A DNA stretch of 64,000 bases from Chitinophagaceae bacterium (GTDB taxonomy: Bacteria > Bacteroidota > Bacteroidia > Chitinophagales > Chitinophagaceae), in NCBI GenBank assembly GCA_965246905.1, contig CBDFFZ010000018.1, positions 23,936 through 87,935 of the forward strand. Direction: 5' to 3'. The notes beneath the pieces are model-generated. The model was not told the DNA's origin and ran no database searches. It saw only the letters and a program-made list of their open reading frames with translations. Made by a program: the position numbers and the translations under genes. The first letter of the stretch is position 1. Each line of letters starts with the position of its first letter. Positions 19,604-30,700 of this stretch are shown here, piece by piece.

Positions 19604-21218
19604 TTAAAATTTCCAGGCTGGTAATCGTATGGCGGCCTGCTTTTATCCGGAGCCGCCAGGCGGGTATTGTTTTATTGAATGCCAAAGCGTAGGAATACAC
19701 TTCTAAAGCCGTGGCAAAGTTATTACTTATTTTTATTAGCACGTCGCCGGCCCTGAATTCTCCATTTTGCCCCGCTTCTACTAAAATGCCCGGTGCAAAA
19801 TGCAGGTTTATATAAATGTCTTCAGCTTTATTGCATTCCGAGGTATCTTCAATGCGTAATACAGATTCGGATAAAAAAAACTTACGGGTATACCGAAATC
19901 CATATCCATCGTGCTGCGCCGCTAGATGATCTGTTCTATCAGCAAGTAGCATTACCGTAGCTTTTTTTCCAACCCGGAAGCTTTTCCATACATCAGAGGC
20001 ATTTTTGCCTGCGGCAGATAATACATTGTGCGCATCGGAGCCCCGCTCTTGCAGCCGCGTGATGTTTGCTTCATACGTATGAATACCGCGATCTACGATC
20101 AATGGCTTTCCATCCATGTACAGGCAAAAAGAAAGCTCATCGCTATGTGCATGGCCGGGTTGCCATGCAGGCTGTATGCTGCCGACATCTGCAAATAGCT
20201 CAAAGCGGCTATTCCTAAGCATCCGGTACCCACATTCCCCCAATTCGTTTTTTATAGCAGCTATTTTTAAGCCTGCGGCGAATGACTGTAAGTTGTGCAG
20301 TTCGGGAGCCATACCGCCGGTACTGTCATTCACTCGCGGCCAGGTCCCATCGCCAAATGCGATCTGCTCAGCCCAGCCCAGCATAAGCGCAGCTTTTGCC
20401 CGCATCTCCTCAACAAAATTTTCATCTTTACCGGCAGCTAAATTTTCAGCAAGCTCTATACATTGCATCAGGGAAGAAAGCAGGAGACTATGATACATCG
20501 GGCTGCCCTCTATATGTCCGCCATCCGGCAATACCTGTTCCGTCAACGCTTTTTTAAGTATGCGCTTTCCTTTTCTGTAAAATTTTGCGCTTCCATAATA
20601 CCATCCCGCGCAAAGCAGTGAGCAGCCATTTTGCCATAGATGATTGCCCTGTAGCTGATATTCCGGAAAATGATACAGCCAGCCATACTCTTTATAAATC
20701 TGTGCAGCTATTTTTTGCACCCGCAAATCATTACTCAAAAGAAAACGGATAGCTGCCATACCGCGCACGGAAACCGGGTAGGGCTCAAACCGAAATTTTG
20801 CATAGGTTTTTGATTCGGGATATGCGTTAGTTGCATACATCCTTAATGTTTCAAGTCGGTCATCTTTACTCAGGCTTTCATCACCCAGCCAGCCAAAATA
20901 ATTAAGGTGATAAGTCCACAGCCGCCCATACAGCCCTATCTCCCAGTCTATGGTATCCGGAAAGGTGTGCTTAATATTAAGTAGGGTAAAAGATCTTTCA
21001 GTTGGGCTATAATGATCGAAAACAGGAAGAGAAAATAGCTTCTTTCCTTTATGGCTTAATGCTGCTGTCATTGCGGCCCCATTTATTTTTTGGGATGTTA
21101 CAATTTTTCGCTTCACCGGGTACCAAATCCGGTACCAGAATTGCTGCCAGCGCAATGGCTTTAAAGTATAATAAAGGCGGCTCGGGTTCATAAAAGCAGA
21201 AGGACTGTATCTTGGCAC
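19593..21218 (-). CDS. heparinase II/III-like family protein
   Basis: 541 aa. C-terminal GHAHSDELSF motif characteristic of the heparinase II/III-like domain. Overlaps the wecB start. Confidence 0.7.
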   Translation of the reverse strand: MPRYSPSAFMNPSRLYYTLKPLRWQQFWYRIWYPVKRKIVTSQKINGAAMTAALSHKGKKLFSLPVFDHYSPTERSFTLLNIKHTFPDTIDWEIGLYGRLWTYHLNYFGWLGDESLSKDDRLETLRMYATNAYPESKTYAKFRFEPYPVSVRGMAAIRFLLSNDLRVQKIAAQIYKEYGWLYHFPEYQLQGNHLWQNGCSLLCAGWYYGSAKFYRKGKRILKKALTEQVLPDGGHIEGSPMYHSLLLSSLMQCIELAENLAAGKDENFVEEMRAKAALMLGWAEQIAFGDGTWPRVNDSTGGMAPELHNLQSFAAGLKIAAIKNELGECGYRMLRNSRFELFADVGSIQPAWQPGHAHSDELSFCLYMDGKPLIVDRGIHTYEANITRLQERGSDAHNVLSAAGKNASDVWKSFRVGKKATVMLLADRTDHLAAQHDGYGFRYTRKFFLSESVLRIEDTSECNKAEDIYINLHFAPGILVEAGQNGEFRAGDVLIKISNNFATALEVYSYALAFNKTIPAWRLRIKAGRHTITSLEILNAY

Positions 21219-21319
21219 CGCGGTACTAATCTGCCGGGTATTTCGTTATAGATGCATAGGCACATCTTCAAAAAGCGTCCTATTCATTCCGAAGCTTATT
21301 TCAATGTATTTGTATCGCC

Positions 21320-22582
21320 TTGACTTACAAAAATAATATCCTTCTGCAGAAAAGCTTATCGAAAAACAATGTTGCATTGTTTTTGTTTGCTGCTACGCTC
21401 GCCGGGCTTTTATGGGCCCGGAGCATAAATTCTGTGGGGATGTTTCTTTTTGGGATCAATGCATTGCGCGGTATTTCCCCGAGGCGTTGGCTAAAGCAGC
21501 GCTGGTGGCTCTTAGGGCTGGTTTGGGTAGGTTTGTATGCGCTGTCCTATTTTTGGAGCACCGATAGCGGAGAGTGGTCTAATCATGTGCAGGTAAAGCT
21601 GCCCTTCCTGCTGCTACCGCTCGCGTTTCCCTTTCTGGATCCCTGGACGCCGGGGCAACTGCGTGCATTCACGACTATATTCATCACTATTATGCTTGCC
21701 GGAGCAGGATACAGCATATCCTTTATGCTTGGCGATCCTGCTGCCTACATCAACGGATACAAATTTTCGCATACCTTACCAACACCACATTATATAGATC
21801 ATATTTCCTTCAGCACCATTATTGCCCTGTGCATTGCCTGGTGCGCTTATAGCTGGCGTTTCTGGGCAGGTACATTTAGCAGGATACTACTTGCGTTAGC
21901 GATGGCCTTGCTGATCATCTACCTGCATATTCTTGCCGCTAAAACAGGGCTGATTGCTCTTTATATTTTCCTGCTTTGCTGCCTTGCCTACCTGCTCGTT
22001 TGCCATTGGAAAAAAGGCTTGTTGCTATTGGTTATAATAATCTGTGGCGGACTGGCTGCTTCCAAATTTATTCCCACTTTAAGAGAGCGCATCAACTACA
22101 GTTTTTACTCTTACAGCTTATACCGTGAGGGTGAGCGCAATGGCTTGTATAGCGATATGGGAAGAATGATTTCTTATCATCTTGCAATGAATATTATCCG
22201 CGAAGAGCCTTTGGCCGGGGCCGGGGCCGGAGATGTATTGCATGAGATGAACGAGCAGTACCGCAGGCATTACCCACACATACCGGAAGAACAGCATTTG
22301 TACCCGCATAACCAGTTTCTTACGGTTGCCGTAGCTGCGGGCATTCCTGCCGTCATTGCCTTTGTCTGGTGGCTGCTTGCGCCATTGGTACGCATCTGCC
22401 GCAACCGTGAAGGTTTTTTTTTTATGGTGATATGGCTGATGTTGCTGGTGCCGCTGATGGTAGATCCTTTCCTGGAAGTGCAGGCGGGTGTATTCGTTTT
22501 TCTCTTCTTTTTATTGATGCAGCGTTCTTTAATGATAAAAGGTGTGGCAGATGAAAAAATTAACCCGGAAATCCTAATTTAG
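21320..22582 (+). CDS. O-antigen ligase (Wzy_C/RfaL-like) family membrane protein
   Basis: About 10 TM segments, with a periplasmic loop carrying ...HPHNQFL... typical of the O-antigen ligase family. Non-ATG start in the ORF track. Confidence 0.65.
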   Translation: MTYKNNILLQKSLSKNNVALFLFAATLAGLLWARSINSVGMFLFGINALRGISPRRWLKQRWWLLGLVWVGLYALSYFWSTDSGEWSNHVQVKLPFLLLPLAFPFLDPWTPGQLRAFTTIFITIMLAGAGYSISFMLGDPAAYINGYKFSHTLPTPHYIDHISFSTIIALCIAWCAYSWRFWAGTFSRILLALAMALLIIYLHILAAKTGLIALYIFLLCCLAYLLVCHWKKGLLLLVIIICGGLAASKFIPTLRERINYSFYSYSLYREGERNGLYSDMGRMISYHLAMNIIREEPLAGAGAGDVLHEMNEQYRRHYPHIPEEQHLYPHNQFLTVAVAAGIPAVIAFVWWLLAPLVRICRNREGFFFMVIWLMLLVPLMVDPFLEVQAGVFVFLFFLLMQRSLMIKGVADEKINPEILI

Positions 22583-22604
22583 CCTTGTTGAATAAGCACG
22601 CCCT

Positions 22605-23237
22605 ATGACTAACTTTATTCCTGTTTTTCCATTAAATATTATTGTCTATCCCGGTGAATCGCTGAACCTGCACATCTTTGAGCCGCGCTATAAGCAAATG
22701 GTACAGGATTGCATTGAAAGCAAAAAACCATTTGGGCTGCCACCTATCGTAGAAAAAACTATTCCTGATCTGGGCACCTTAATGGAGATAACCAGGGTGG
22801 AAAAGACTTATGAAGATGGTTCTATGGATGTACGCACTGTAGGGCAAAGTGTATTTCGTATTCTTACGCCGGTTAGCGATATCCCGGATAAGATTTATAG
22901 CGGTGCGATCGTAAATTATCCGCAAAATAGTTTTGATACTGGCAATTATAAACTCGGCCACAATGTAATAGAAGAAGTAAAGCGCCTCTACGCGCTGCTT
23001 AATGTGCCCGAAAAGTTTCCCGATATTTCAGCCGGAAGCCTGTCTTACAGGATCGGCCATTTTGTGGGTTTCTCTCTTGCGCAGGAGTATGAAATGCTGG
23101 GATTATTCAATGAGCTGCATCGTCTCGAATACATCCGCAGGCATTTGAATAACATGGTACCACTCATAAAAGAGCTTGAAGAAATGAAAGACCGCATTCA
23201 TCGGAATGGGCATTTTCGCAATCTATCCCTGAGCTGA
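22605..23237 (+). CDS. LON N-terminal (substrate-binding) domain protein
   Basis: IPVFPLNIIVYPGESLNLHIFEPRYKQM is the canonical LON N-domain opening. No ATPase or protease domains. Confidence 0.7.
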   Translation: MTNFIPVFPLNIIVYPGESLNLHIFEPRYKQMVQDCIESKKPFGLPPIVEKTIPDLGTLMEITRVEKTYEDGSMDVRTVGQSVFRILTPVSDIPDKIYSGAIVNYPQNSFDTGNYKLGHNVIEEVKRLYALLNVPEKFPDISAGSLSYRIGHFVGFSLAQEYEMLGLFNELHRLEYIRRHLNNMVPLIKELEEMKDRIHRNGHFRNLSLS

Positions 23238-23554
23238 ATGCAAAAAGTTATCAGGTGCATCATTTTCTAAATACCGGATGCTTGTTATGCGCTTGCAAAG
23301 AACATTTTAGCGCTGCTTATTTTTATTAACAAACTGTCGCTTTTACTATCTTTGGAACAATATTTGCTGGAGGAGAAAAACCTTCCTATATTTGCAATCC
23401 CTTCGGGGAGCTAGCTGTGCACCAAACCAATATAGTACATTTCTGTTGATACCTTTTAATGTCCTGCAGGATAAGGAAATCCCTTATCTGGCGGGCTTTT
23501 TGGCGTCTGTATGCAGTAATGATTTTCTTGTAACAATAAGTGTCTTTATATACT

Positions 23555-26500
23555 ATGGCTACAACTCAAAAAAAGACGGCATCCGGCCGTGTCAATTTTG
23601 GAAAACTCCAGGATGTGGCGGGAGAAACTCCCGATCTGCTGGCCATCCAGCTACAATCTTTCCAGGATTTCTTTCAACTGGAGACAACCCCGGACAAGCG
23701 TAACAACGAAGGCCTGTTCAACGTGTTCAACGAGAATTTCCCGATCACGGACACACGTAACATCTTCGTACTTGAATTCCTGGATTATTTTATCGATCCG
23801 CCACGCTACACCATTGATGAGTGCATGGAGCGCGGCCTCACGTATTCCGTGCCGCTGAAGGCAAAGCTGAAGCTGAGCTGTAACGATGAAGAACACGTGG
23901 ATTTTGAAACAATCGTTCAGGATGTGTTCCTCGGGAATATTCCGTACATGACTCCCCGCGGTACTTTCGTGGTGAATGGCGCTGAGCGCGTGATCGTTTC
24001 TCAATTGCACCGTTCACCGGGCGTATTCTTCGGCCAGAGCGTTCACCCGAATGGTACCAAAATCTATTCGGCCCGTGTGATCCCCTTCAAGGGCGCATGG
24101 ATGGAATTTGCTACCGATATCAATAATGTAATGTACGCGTACATCGACCGTAAGAAGAAATTCCCGGTTACTACGCTGCTGCGGTCTATTGGTTACGAAA
24201 GCGATCGCGATATCCTGCAGCTCTTCGGCATGGCGGATGAAGTGAAAACTGATAAGAAAACTTTAGGCAATAACATTGGCCGCCGCCTCGCAGCACGCGT
24301 ACTCCGCAGCTGGACGGAAGATTTTGTGGATGAGGATACCGGTGAAGTGGTAAGCATCGAGCGCAATGAGATCGTACTTGACCGTGATGCAGTGCTTGAT
24401 GAGAATAATGCTGCGATGATCCAGGATCTGGGTATACCTACTGTATTCCTCCAAAAAGAAGAGTTGAGCGGTGATTACTCTATTATCTACAATACGCTCA
24501 ATAAGGATACCTCCAATTCTGAACTGGAAGCGGTACAGCATATCTACCGTCAGCTACGCGGCTCCGATGCCCCGGATGATGAAACGGCACGCGGCATTAT
24601 CGAGAAGCTCTTCTTCTCTGACAAGCGCTATGACCTCGGTGAGGTAGGCCGCTACAAGATCAACCGTAAGCTTGGTCTTGATATGGGCAATGCCAAGAAA
24701 GTACTTGGTAAGGAAGATATCATTACCATTATTAAATACCTCGTTCGCCTTACCAACGGTAAAGCCGAAATCGATGACATTGATCACCTGAGCAATCGTC
24801 GCGTACGCACTGTTGGCGAGCAGTTATTCGCCCAGTTTGGCGTTGGTCTTGCACGTATGGCGCGTACCATCCGCGAGCGTATGAACGTTCGGGATAATGA
24901 AGTGTTTACGCCTATTGATCTGATCAATGCACGTACGCTTTCTTCTGTAATCAATTCCTTCTTTGGTACAAGCCAGCTTTCGCAGTTCCTGGATCAGACC
25001 AATCCGTTGTCCGAGATCACGCACAAGCGGCGTATCTCTGCCCTTGGCCCTGGTGGCCTCTCCCGTGAGCGCGCCGGCTTCGAAGTTCGGGACGTACACT
25101 ACAGCCACTATGGCCGTCTGTGTACCATCGAAACTCCGGAAGGCCCGAACATCGGTCTTATCTCTACGCTTTGCGTACATGCGAAGATCAATGATATGGG
25201 CTTTATCGAAACTCCATACCGCAAGGTGAAGAATGGTAGGGTGGATATGAAATCCCACAATTACCTGAGTGCAGAAGAAGAAGACAATGCCAAAATTGCC
25301 CAGGCGAATATCCCGCTTGATGAAAAGGGCAATTTCGTGGAAGATAAGATCAAGAGCCGCCAGACCGGCGACTTCCCGATCCTTGATCCGGGTGAAGTTG
25401 AATACATGGACGTGGCTCCGAACCAGATCGTTGGTCTGTCGGCTTCGCTGATTCCCTTCCTTGAACATGATGATGCCAACCGTGCCCTAATGGGATCGAA
25501 CATGCAGCGCCAGGCTGTGCCACTTATTCGTCCGCAGGTGCCAATAGTAGGTACAGGCCTCGAAGGCAAGGCTGCCCGCGATGCGCGTATCCAGATCCAT
25601 GCAGAAGGTGACGGCGTAATTGAGTACGTAGATGCTAATGAGATCCACGTTCGCTACAACCGCAACGATGCCGCACGGCTTGTATCTTTTGAAGACGATC
25701 TGAAAGTATATACCCTTACCAAGTATAAGAAGACCAACCAAAGTACGTCTATTACGCTTCGCCCTTGCGTTCGTAAGAACCAGAAAGTGAAGAATGGCGA
25801 CTTCCTGACCGAAGGATACGCTACGCAGAACGGTGAGTTGGCATTGGGCCGGAATCTGAAAGTGGCATTCATGCCGTGGAAAGGCTACAACTTCGAGGAT
25901 GCCATCGTGATCAACGAGAAGGTTGTTCGTGAAGACTGGTTTACCTCTGTACATATTGATGAATATGAGCTGGAAGTTCGTGATACCAAATTAGGTGAAG
26001 AAGAGCTGACTTCCGACATTCCTAACGTATCTGAAGAAGCTACCAAGGATCTTGATGAGAACGGCATCATCCGCATTGGTGCACATATTGGTGAAGGCGA
26101 TATCCTGATCGGTAAGATCACTCCAAAGGGCGAAACAGACCCTACTCCGGAAGAAAAGTTGCTACGCGCCATCTTCGGTGATAAGGCCGGCGATGCCAAG
26201 GACGCTTCCCTGAAAGCAGCTTCCGGTACAGAAGGTATCGTGATCTCCAAGCAGCTGTTCCAGCGCGCCAAAAAAGATAAGAACTCTAAGGTTCGTGAAA
26301 AAGCAGCGCTGGAAAAGATTGAAACAACGCATGATAAGCACCTCGTTAATGTCAAGGAGCTTCTTTTGGAGAAGCTGATGACGCTTTTAGAAGGCAAGAG
26401 CAGCGCTGGTATCACCAATAATTTCGGTGAGCCAGTAATCAGCAAGGGCGGAAAGTTCAATCAGAAAACCCTTGGCTCGATTGATTACGCCAATGTAAAT

Positions 26501-27370
26501 CCATTAGGCTGGACGGGTGATGAAGGAACGGATAATTCCATCAATCAGCTCCTGCACAACTATAATATTAAGTTCAACGAAGAGCTCGGCCGCTACAAGC
26601 GCGAGAAGTTTAACCTGAGCATCGGTGATGAGCTTCCTGCAGGTGTACTGAAGCTGGCTAAGGTCTATCTCGCATCCAAGCGTAAGCTTAAGGTGGGTGA
26701 TAAGATGGCGGGCCGCCACGGTAACAAGGGCATTGTAGCGCGTATTGTTCGTGCGGAAGATATGCCGTTCCTTGAAGATGGCACACCGGTAGATATCGTA
26801 CTGAATCCACTGGGCGTACCGTCCCGTATGAACCTCGGACAGATCTATGAAACCGTTCTGGGCTGGGCCGGCGAAAAGCTGGGCGTGAAGTTTGCAACCC
26901 CAATCTTCGATGGCGCGAGTGTTGAGGAGATCGGCAACCTGATCGATGAAGCCGGCTTGCCGGAGTTTGGCCACACGTATCTGTACGATGGTGAGACCGG
27001 TGAGCGCTTCCACCAGAAGGCAACCGTGGGTATCATCTATATGATCAAGCTGCACCATATGGTGGATGATAAAATGCATGCGCGTTCTATCGGGCCATAC
27101 TCGCTGATCACGCAGCAGCCGCTGGGGGGTAAGGCGCAGTTCGGCGGACAGCGTTTCGGGGAAATGGAAGTATGGGCACTCGAGGCCTATGGCGCATCCA
27201 ACATCCTGCAGGAGCTGCTTACGCTGAAATCGGATGATATCGTGGGTCGTGCTAAGACGTATGAATCCATCGTGAAGGGCGATAATGTGCCTAAGGCCGG
27301 TATCCCGGAATCCTTCAACGTATTGGTGAATGAGCTGCGTGGGTTGGGTTTGGAATTGAAATTTGAGTAA
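23555..27370 (+). CDS. rpoB: DNA-directed RNA polymerase subunit beta
   Basis: About 1270 aa with [12 protein letters not shown] and other invariant beta motifs. ATG at 23555 preferred over the GTG at 23540. Confidence 0.98.
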   Translation: MATTQKKTASGRVNFGKLQDVAGETPDLLAIQLQSFQDFFQLETTPDKRNNEGLFNVFNENFPITDTRNIFVLEFLDYFIDPPRYTIDECMERGLTYSVPLKAKLKLSCNDEEHVDFETIVQDVFLGNIPYMTPRGTFVVNGAERVIVSQLHRSPGVFFGQSVHPNGTKIYSARVIPFKGAWMEFATDINNVMYAYIDRKKKFPVTTLLRSIGYESDRDILQLFGMADEVKTDKKTLGNNIGRRLAARVLRSWTEDFVDEDTGEVVSIERNEIVLDRDAVLDENNAAMIQDLGIPTVFLQKEELSGDYSIIYNTLNKDTSNSELEAVQHIYRQLRGSDAPDDETARGIIEKLFFSDKRYDLGEVGRYKINRKLGLDMGNAKKVLGKEDIITIIKYLVRLTNGKAEIDDIDHLSNRRVRTVGEQLFAQFGVGLARMARTIRERMNVRDNEVFTPIDLINARTLSSVINSFFGTSQLSQFLDQTNPLSEITHKRRISALGPGGLSRERAGFEVRDVHYSHYGRLCTIETPEGPNIGLISTLCVHAKINDMGFIETPYRKVKNGRVDMKSHNYLSAEEEDNAKIAQANIPLDEKGNFVEDKIKSRQTGDFPILDPGEVEYMDVAPNQIVGLSASLIPFLEHDDANRALMGSNMQRQAVPLIRPQVPIVGTGLEGKAARDARIQIHAEGDGVIEYVDANEIHVRYNRNDAARLVSFEDDLKVYTLTKYKKTNQSTSITLRPCVRKNQKVKNGDFLTEGYATQNGELALGRNLKVAFMPWKGYNFEDAIVINEKVVREDWFTSVHIDEYELEVRDTKLGEEELTSDIPNVSEEATKDLDENGIIRIGAHIGEGDILIGKITPKGETDPTPEEKLLRAIFGDKAGDAKDASLKAASGTEGIVISKQLFQRAKKDKNSKVREKAALEKIETTHDKHLVNVKELLLEKLMTLLEGKSSAGITNNFGEPVISKGGKFNQKTLGSIDYANVNPLGWTGDEGTDNSINQLLHNYNIKFNEELGRYKREKFNLSIGDELPAGVLKLAKVYLASKRKLKVGDKMAGRHGNKGIVARIVRAEDMPFLEDGTPVDIVLNPLGVPSRMNLGQIYETVLGWAGEKLGVKFATPIFDGASVEEIGNLIDEAGLPEFGHTYLYDGETGERFHQKATVGIIYMIKLHHMVDDKMHARSIGPYSLITQQPLGGKAQFGGQRFGEMEVWALEAYGASNILQELLTLKSDDIVGRAKTYESIVKGDNVPKAGIPESFNVLVNELRGLGLELKFE

Positions 27371-27403
27371 ATAGTTATTAGTAGATAGTAGTTAGACCAC
27401 TGA

Positions 27404-27760
27404 ATGAATAATTTTAGAGAGCTGAAAGTCTGGCAGAAGTCTATATCAATTGTGGTAAAGATCTATGAACATACTAAAAAATTTCCTTCTGATGAGCGTT
27501 TCAATTTGGTTTCACAAATGCAACGTGCTGCGACATCAATTCCCAGCAATATTTCAGAAGGCGCAGGGCGCAACTCTAATAAATCATTCAAATACTTTCT
27601 TACTATCTCAATAGGTTCTGCTCATGAGTTGGAAACGCAAATTATTATAAGTAATAAATTAAGGTACCTGAGTAATGAAAATTGTGAATTGTTGATCACT
27701 GAGCTCACTGAAATTCAGAAAATGCTTTACAGTCTGCACGGTGTATTACAAGACAACTAA
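27404..27760 (+). CDS. four-helix-bundle protein (23S rRNA intervening-sequence protein / Avd-like family)
   Basis: 118 aa. ELKVWQKS..., ERFNLVSQMQRAATSIPSNISEGAGR and FLTISIGSAHELETQ match the family consensus. Confidence 0.85.
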   Translation: MNNFRELKVWQKSISIVVKIYEHTKKFPSDERFNLVSQMQRAATSIPSNISEGAGRNSNKSFKYFLTISIGSAHELETQIIISNKLRYLSNENCELLITELTEIQKMLYSLHGVLQDN

Positions 27761-27793
27761 CGACTCAATACTAAATACTATATACTAACAAAT

Positions 27794-30700
27794 ATGGCTA
27801 TTAAAAAGGATAACCGTCCAAAACCGGGTTTCAGTAAAATCACCATCAGCCTTGCATCGCCGGATGTGATCCTGGATCGCTCTTACGGCGAAGTGCTGAA
27901 GCCTGAAACGATCAACTACCGTACTTACAAGCCCGAGCGCGATGGCCTGTTCTGCGAGAAAATTTTCGGCCCGGTAAAAGATTATGAGTGCTATTGCGGC
28001 AAGTACAAGCGTATCCGTTACAAGGGTATCGTGTGCGACCGTTGCGGCGTTGAGGTAACCGAAAAGAAAGTACGCCGGGAGCGGATGGGACACATCAAGC
28101 TCGTTGTTCCTATTGTGCATATCTGGTACTTCAAATCGCTTCCTAATAAGATCGGCTACCTGCTTGGTACTTCTTCCAAGAAGATGGAGAGCATCGTTTA
28201 TTACGAGCGCTATGTAGTAGTGCAGGGTGGCCTTGCGGATGAAATGATCCGTACCAAGCTCGCGCTGAAAGAAAAGGAAGAAACTCGCCTGCAGTTGATT
28301 ACCGAGGATGAATATCTGGAGATCTTGGATGCGCTGCCCAAGGACAATCAGCATTTATCAGACGATGATCCTAACAAGTTTATCGCCAAGATGGGTGCCG
28401 AGAGCCTTCATGCGCTCCTCAGCCGCATTGACCTTGATCAGCTTTCCTATGATCTTCGTAATGCTGCCGCAAACGAAACCTCCCAGCAGCGGAAGCAGGA
28501 AGCCCTGAAGCGCCTGAGCGTAGTGGAGGCTTTCCGCGATGCGAATACGCGTGTGGAGAATAAGCTGGAGTGGATGATCATGCAGTATCTGCCGGTTATT
28601 CCGCCGGAATTGCGCCCGCTCGTTCCATTGGATGGCGGCCGTTTTGCGTCTTCGGATCTGAATGACCTTTACCGCCGCGTTATTATACGTAATAACCGCC
28701 TGAAACGCCTGATTGAAATTAAAGCACCGGAAGTGATCCTGCGGAATGAGAAGCGCATGCTCCAGGAAGCAGTCGATTCCCTGTTTGATAACTCACGTAA
28801 GTCGAACGCTGTAAAGGCGGAAGGTGGTCGTGCCCTGAAATCGCTGTCTGATGTGCTGAAAGGTAAGCAGGGCCGTTTTCGTCAGAATCTTCTTGGTAAG
28901 CGTGTGGATTATTCCGGACGTTCCGTAATCGTGGTAGGCCCTGAAATGCGCCTTCATGAGTGCGGTCTTCCGAAAGATATGGCTGCCGAGCTCTTTAAGC
29001 CATTCATCATCCGCAAGCTCATTGAGCGCGGCATTGTGAAGACGGTGAAGAGCGCCAAAAAGATGGTAGAGCGCAAGGAAAGCGTGGTTTGGGATATTCT
29101 TGAAAATGTACTGAAAGGCCACCCGATCCTCCTCAACCGTGCCCCAACCCTGCACAGATTATCCATACAGGCTTTCCAGCCAAAGCTTATTGAAGGTAAA
29201 GCCATCCAGCTTCACCCACTCGTGTGCTCTGCCTTCAACGCCGATTTCGATGGTGACCAGATGGCCGTTCACGTGCCGCTTAGCCATGGCGCTATACTTG
29301 AAGCCCAGCTCCTAATGCTTGCGTCGCATAACATCCTGAACCCACAGAATGGTACCCCGATCACCCTTCCTTCGCAGGACATGGTGCTTGGTCTCTATTA
29401 CCTTACAAAGGGTAAGAAGACCATGGGTGATGAGATCATCAAGGGCGAAGGCATGACCTTTTACAGCGCCGATGAGGTAATCATTGCTAATAATGAAGGC
29501 CGCGCTGATCTTCATGCTTCCATCAAGGTAAGGGCAAATGTTCGTACCAAGGAAGGAACGCTTGAAAACAAGCTCATCGAAACAACTGTTGGACGCGTAC
29601 TTTTCAACCAGTTCGTACCAAAGCAGAATGGTTTCGTAAATGCACTGCTTACCAAGAAATCCCTCCGGGAGATCATCGGTGATATCCTCAAAAATACCAC
29701 CATTCCTGAAACGGTTGATTTCCTGGATAATATTAAGACACTCGGTTTCCGTACCGCCTTCCGCGGTGGTCTGTCCTTCAACATTAAGGATCTCAACATC
29801 CCGGATGTAAAAGAACAGCTTGTAGAAGTAGCCCAGGGCGATGTGGATGAAGTATGGGAAAATTACAACAATGGCCTCATCACCAACAATGAGCGCTATA
29901 ATGCGATCATCGATATCTGGAGCCGCGTGGATACCCGCGTTACCGAAACATTGATCCGTGAAATGTCCACCGATAAGCAGGGCTTCAACTCTGTATATAT
30001 GATGCTCGATTCCGGCGCACGTGGATCCAAGCAGCAGGTTAAGCAGCTTGCCGGCCTCAGAGGCTTGATGGCCAAGCCGCGCCGTTCCGGTTCCTCAGGC
30101 TCAGAAATCATTGAGAATCCGATCCTTTCCAACTTCAAGACCGGTTTGTCCGTATTGGAGTACTTCATCTCAACCCACGGTGCCCGTAAGGGGCTTGCCG
30201 ATACCGCCCTCAAAACGGCCGATGCCGGTTACCTTACACGTCGTCTCGTTGATGTGGCGCAGGATGTGGTGATCAATGAAACGGATTGTGAAACCCTCCG
30301 TGGCATTGCAACCTCTGCCCTCAAGGACAATGAAGAAATCGTAGAGCCGCTGTACGACCGTATCCTCGGCCGTACTTCCCTGCACGATGTGATCGATCCT
30401 TTGACTGATAAGCTGCTGGCAAAGGCCGGTGAGGAAATCACCGAAGATATTGCCCGCGATATCGACGAAAGCGCTATCGATACTGTTGAGATCCGCTCTG
30501 TACTTACCTGCGAAAGCAAAAAAGGCGTATGCTCCAAATGCTATGGCAAGAATCTCGCTACCGGCTATACGGCACAAAAGGGTGATGCCGTTGGTATTAT
30601 CGCTGCCCAGTCCATCGGTGAGCCGGGCACACAGCTTACGCTTCGTACCTTCCACGTGGGGGGTACTGCCAACTCATCAGCAATTGAATCTCAATTGGTG

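Noticed and set aside
27404-27760. Possibility that the Avd-like ORF marks a diversity-generating retroelement.
   Set aside because: No reverse transcriptase ORF and no template/variable repeat pair are visible anywhere in the surrounding 10 kb.
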